From Macrostomum lignano (lineage: Eukaryota): a stretch of 64,000 nucleotides of DNA. The stretch is taken from contig NIVC01002258.1 of assembly GCA_002269645.1 (NCBI GenBank), forward strand, positions 62,001-126,000, given 5' to 3'. The notes beneath the pieces were generated by a model. The model was not told where the DNA came from and searched no databases. It saw only the letters and a program-made list of their open reading frames with translations. Numbering within the stretch: position 1 is the first letter of the stretch; each line of letters opens with the position of its first letter. The translations under genes were made by a program, and so were the position numbers. This document shows, one piece after another, positions 59,109 to 64,000 of the stretch.

Positions 59109-59999
59109 TATATACTATATATATATATACTAGTACTATATATATGTACTAGTATATATATATTTTATAGTTACTTTATTTATTATACTGAATTCATTTC
59201 TTTATCTATTTTTTATTATATGATATCTAAGACTGTTTATTTTAAGAGTTCATTCTAATCTATATGGCATTAGGCCTAAACTTATTTTAGCCATAGGTAT
59301 ATAAAATGTATATTATAGTAAAAATCAAATAACTATTGTGGTAGTAGAGGCTACCACTCTTGCTTTTTGAATATGCTAAATGTAGACTCACCTTTTTGTC
59401 CTAAAGCTGGCCTTGACTATCCATCCTAAGGTATTCCCTGACATCAGTTTGTCATTGCCTTATTTACTAAGTTTAAGAGCCCTCATTTTTCTTATGGTTA
59501 GTACATTTCCTCTTTTTCTAGCCCTATCTGTTTTTTCCTAGTATTCTTTTACTGTCTATGATTTAAATATGTTTTTTTATGTCAAGTATCTGCTGACTCA
59601 TGTTTGACCATGTTATGTCTTCTTCTAAAATAGCACTTGTCCTATGCTATCTACCTACTATCCAGACATGTCTATCTTATGTTGTAATGTAGCTCGCTTT
59701 AAAATTAGCAAAAGAGCAAACATCAAAACAAACATTTAATTAACATTCATTCAAAGATTAAATGTTTGTTTTGACGTTTGCTCTATCTTATGTTTTTTTT
59801 GGGTTCTATATACTCATTCTTTCTCCTATCTTTTTAATCCTGTTTTAAACCTTTTTATTTTATACTAATTTGCTAGTTGTTTGACCTTTTGTCTACTACT
59901 TATTTTAGATTTAACTTGCTCACTATCCAACTCACTTATTGCTTAAGCCCAGCATGGGCAGCCAGTCTGGCAGGACAACCCTGCAATTCAGCAAGCAAA

Positions 60000-60960
60000 G
60001 GAATATCTGGAAAAGCTCCGTCTGAGCAGGTGATTTACTTGCGAGGTGGAGGAGGCTCTGGCGACTATCTATCTGCAGTGGCAGCAGGCTGCAGTTGATG
60101 AAGTTGTCCAGGCCATCTTTGCCACTGGACCCGACACCAGAAGGCATGTGGCCTAGTCCACCATTAATGCTCTGACAGGGCAGAATTGATGTATCTAACT
60201 GAATCTGGCAGGCAACACTGCAGATAAGCATAGCAATGAGCTGCGGGAGTTCTTTGCCACCATAGTCAATGCACCATTACTCCCGCTGCCCAATATCCTA
60301 ATGCTGCTGCCAAAGACACCATTGCTATTAAAGGACAGTTTTAACATTGCACCAGTCACCATGGCTGAAGTTGTAATGCACACCCAGAAGATGCTGGGCA
60401 GCAAGGTGCTAGGTCCAGACGAGGTGCCCATCAAGGCACTGGGCATCCACTGTGTGGCCAATGAGGTCACCCATGTGATGAACCGCGTGCTTTGATGAAC
60501 TAGTAAAATGGCACCCACTAAGTGGACCATGGTGCACATCATTGCCATTCTAAAGAAGCCAGACACTACATGGCTAGACGAGCACCGAGGCATCTGTCTG
60601 CAATCCTGTGCTGCAAAGTTGTTCAACCAGATGCTGCTATCATGGTTGAAACCCATGCTGGATCCCTACTTGCGACCTGAGCAGAATGGGTTTTGGCCCT
60701 ACTATGGCACAGTGCCATAAATCCTAGCTCTTTGACAAATCATTGAAGAGGCACTCACATGCTAATTGGACCTCATTGTTGTCTTCAATGACTTCATGAA
60801 GGCATTTGACTCAGTTGCAAGGTCTGTGCTCCTATATGTGTCCCATGCATATCATGTACCAGAACAGCTGATCTCTGCCATAATGGTATTGTACTGTGCT
60901 ACAAGAACAGTTATGATTATGACAGATGGCCTATTGGACTCCTTTGAGACATTGATATTA
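60000..60960 (+). pseudogene. Decayed non-LTR retrotransposon reverse transcriptase fragment (RTE-like)
   Basis: GPDEVP, KW...IIAILKK, HRGICLQSCAAKLFNQML, LRPEQNGF, ILAL*QIIEE, VFNDFMKAFDSV are RT N-terminal subdomains; multiple in-frame stops. Confidence 0.88.
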
Positions 60961-62949
60961 TATACCAAAAATCCTAGCATATTGTTTCTCTTTAAACTAT
61001 GGTCTAGGGCCTATAGTTAGGCCTAAGTATAATCTATAGACTATATCTAGACAGTATAGTAGGCTAGGCCCAAAATCTTTTAGACATATTTAGCTTTTTT
61101 TTTTAATTTGTTCCTTTATTATGTAGGCTCTAGGCCTAGGACATAGAATAACTAGCTTTTATTACCTTTATACTACAAATTGCTTTTATTATACAATATT
61201 AAAATAATGCATTATACAATAATAAAAAATGTAATTTTTATTCTCAATACATTAATATTAATTTTTTTATTTACAAATACTAGGCCTAGGCCCTATACTT
61301 TGCGTTTAAATTTGTTCTTACTCAAAAGGATTCCATTCCTTTCATTTATATTCCTAATATTTCTTTTATGAGTAAAATATTCAAAAAAATACTTTTACAT
61401 TCATTTTTAGGCCTATTTTCATTTTTAATGTTTTACAGTTTTAGACTTTTTTCCTCCAAAAAAACTTTTTATCCAAAATAACTATTAGTGCAAACCTTCA
61501 AATAATATTTATTTTAATAATAATTTATAAATATATATTGCAACAGAGCCCCCCCCCAAGGGCTAACTTGCGACCTAACACTTTTAAGGTCAATGGGTAT
61601 AAACAACAATAATAATTGATTGATCAGAGAAAAAATTATCTAGATGAATAGCAAAATTAATTTTTATTTTTCCTTTTGTTTTTGGATTTTTTGGACCCTT
61701 TGCAATTGCAACAATCCATATTGTAACAAACAAAGGTAGGGCCTAGGGGCCTAGCAAGGTCTAAGGCAGCTATGCTAGACAGCCACCTATGTCATCACAG
61801 TCATCCAGACTTTAGCATGCTTATGAATCTTAAATTGCTATTTCTTTCTATAGTATAGCACCTGACTTGCCTCTACCACTTTAGATAGGCCTATTAAACA
61901 TCAGCAGGTATATTATGTTAACATCTATGTCCTATGACTACATCTATGACTATGGCCTTGGCTTGTTATTTTGTTGTAGGCGGGTAGGCCTACTAAACCT
62001 ACCTTAATTTAATAGGCCTTGATCTCTATCAAAACTATACAATTGCTTGATCATGTGACATTAATCCAGTTAGGTAAATTCAAATGACAAAATGTGTTGA
62101 ATTATAACAGTTTGTGTAGTAGGGCCTAGGCCTACTCTAAAGACGAAAGAGATCTGTGAGCTGAAATATAATAGGCCTAACTATAGGGCCTAGTATAAGC
62201 AATTGTAAATCCATAATACTAAAAATGAGTTGTTTGTATGTATGTAGCTGTATGTGTAAATTTATCTTCCCTATGCTATGGGCAAATTGTAAATTCTGCT
62301 AATACACGCGGGATTTGAGCTCCATTTTACACGAGGAGACCACACGTCAACATGCTAACAAACACGTTAAGAATTAAGGCATGATATCTCATTAAAAAAA
62401 TACAAAATCAAACGCCGACATTTAAAATTCTTTTTAAAGCAAATTTAAAAACTTTTCTATAAAGAGGCTGATTTCTTACTGCAACGTTTTGTTTTTATGT
62501 TTTCAAATTGAAGAAAAAATTAACTTAAGTCTAACTTCTTGGAATTAACCAAGGACTTCTAGACTAACAGGACGTAAAACTCAAAGATCGTGCAATTTTT
62601 TGGAGGCCACGATTTCCTGGAGAAAATACACTGCGAAGATAGGAAAAAATCAGTTTTTCGTCACAAAATCTGTGATTGTATTTGATCTGGGGCAGTGAAG
62701 ACTACCATTCTTTTAATTTAACATGCACAATATGTTACTCTATTATATTTTCATATAGCTGTGTAGTGAAGTTTTCATTTTCATATTGTTTTCACTTTAT
62801 TTCATAAGCCCAAAGTTGCAAACTCACAAGTGCTCTGATGGTCACCATGCTCTGTCCAAGTGACCATCAGTTCATCTACCCCATCTCTCTCATCTAATCA
62901 AATCCAATCTGATTAGTATAGTACAAGTGTATATGGCAGAGTAGAATAA

Positions 62950-64000
62950 TGGCAAAAATACAAGCGCGCGCTACCATTGTGCTACAATTCAAAGCAAGCC
63001 TTGCAGCCTGTGTAGTTGGTTGCTTATTGCACGTTGAAGATCACAAGAACATGAAGCACATTGTAGCTTGCAAAATGGGGAAAGAATGGAGAGAAAGAGG
63101 TGCTATAAAAGCAATCAGTTGGTGTCATATGCTGACTTCTCAGTCAGCCAATCATGTCTAGTGTTGTATGCAATGTCAGAGTTTGAAAAAGGCAGCAAAG
63201 GCTGGAGTGTGACTGATGTTGCAGATGGCAGCATCAAACTTGCAACAGTGGCATTACTTGGTAAGAGTACTACTAGCTAAACAAGCTAGATGACTTTGAC
63301 TGGCTGTGCAACTTGTGCTCATAGCACCACTAGCTTGACAAACACAAGCAGCACTAGCCTAAGCAGCACTAGCCTAAGCAGCACTAGCCTGATGAGCATG
63401 AGCAGCACCAGTCTGAGCAGCACCAGCCTGACAAGCACAAGCAGCACCAGCCTGAGTAGCACCAGCCTAACAAGCACAAGCAGCACCAGCCTAACGAGCA
63501 CAAGCAGCACCAGCCTGATGAGCACAAGCAGCACCAGCCTGACAAACATTGACACAAGCCATACCTGAGCCATTTCATCCGCTGTACTGCATGCATTCAT
63601 TTGTTACTAATCCTGAAGGTCACCTGAAGCAGGTACCAGTGCTTATGATGGTCTTGATGTCCAGCAGAGGCTACCAGGACTACCGCTTGGTCTTCTCTGC
63701 CGCACGTGATGTGCTCCATGGCCGGCCATCCGAATGCATGATGGACTTCGAGGCTGCAGTGTGGCAAGCAGTATGCACCAAATTTCTGACTGCAGTGCAT
63801 CGCAGTTGTGCCTTCCACTACACACAGGCAATTTACTGCTGGATCGTCACCATTTGGACTTTCACAAGCTTACTTGGATGATATTGATACACAGGTTTTC
63901 TGCCAACAGCTCATGGCATTGCCTTTTCTGCCAGGTAACCAAATCGCAAATGCATTTTACACACTCCAAAGCATAGTCACAGACAATGAGCTCAACAGGC
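62950..64000 (+). pseudogene. Decayed Mutator-like (MULE) transposase fragment
   Basis: KQVPVLMMVLMS...Y..VF...PSECMMDFEAAVWQAV...CAFHYTQAIY matches the MULE DDE core D-F-E-x-A and CxFH motifs; frameshifts, stops and an internal CAGCAC repeat (63335-63560). Confidence 0.82.

Noticed and set aside
63290-63568. Ser/Thr-rich mucin-like ORF
   Set aside because: Translation of a CAGCAC-type repeat expansion inside the decayed MULE element.

Overview
Eukaryotic (metazoan) genomic DNA, not prokaryotic. It has GC-rich spliced exons with GT-AG introns, and nearly every long intron is filled by its own minisatellite. This style is most consistent with a macrostomid flatworm such as Macrostomum lignano (inference; no search run). 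I hand-assembled seven genes. (1) + strand ~1088-aa type I membrane protein: signal peptide, four divergent discoidin/F5-8C-like repeats, SEA domain, TM (1955-13067). (2) + strand MTG8/ETO/nervy co-repressor (17833-~28047) whose NHR2 exon is split by a 5'-truncated LINE with a 10-bp target-site duplication and in-frame read-through. (3) - strand OST-alpha/SLC51A (29379-32765). (4) - strand RAD51C (33790-37194; the start codon is out of frame by one base). (5) + strand small orphan single-pass membrane protein (from 39460). (6) - strand PUM3/Puf-A (44287-48581). (7) - strand SEC23IP/DDHD2-type phospholipase (51035-57684) with a minisatellite-encoded Pro-rich tail. Also present: a full-length tRNA-derived SINE, two MITE-like elements, and a terminal ~6 kb AT-rich, CpG-poor transposon graveyard (dead LINE RT, dead MULE transposase). 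Most long ORFs in the supplied track are translations of tandem repeats. No rRNA, bona fide tRNA or CRISPR array was found. Exon boundaries were derived by eye from GT/AG sites and phase compatibility; repeat boundaries are approximate.
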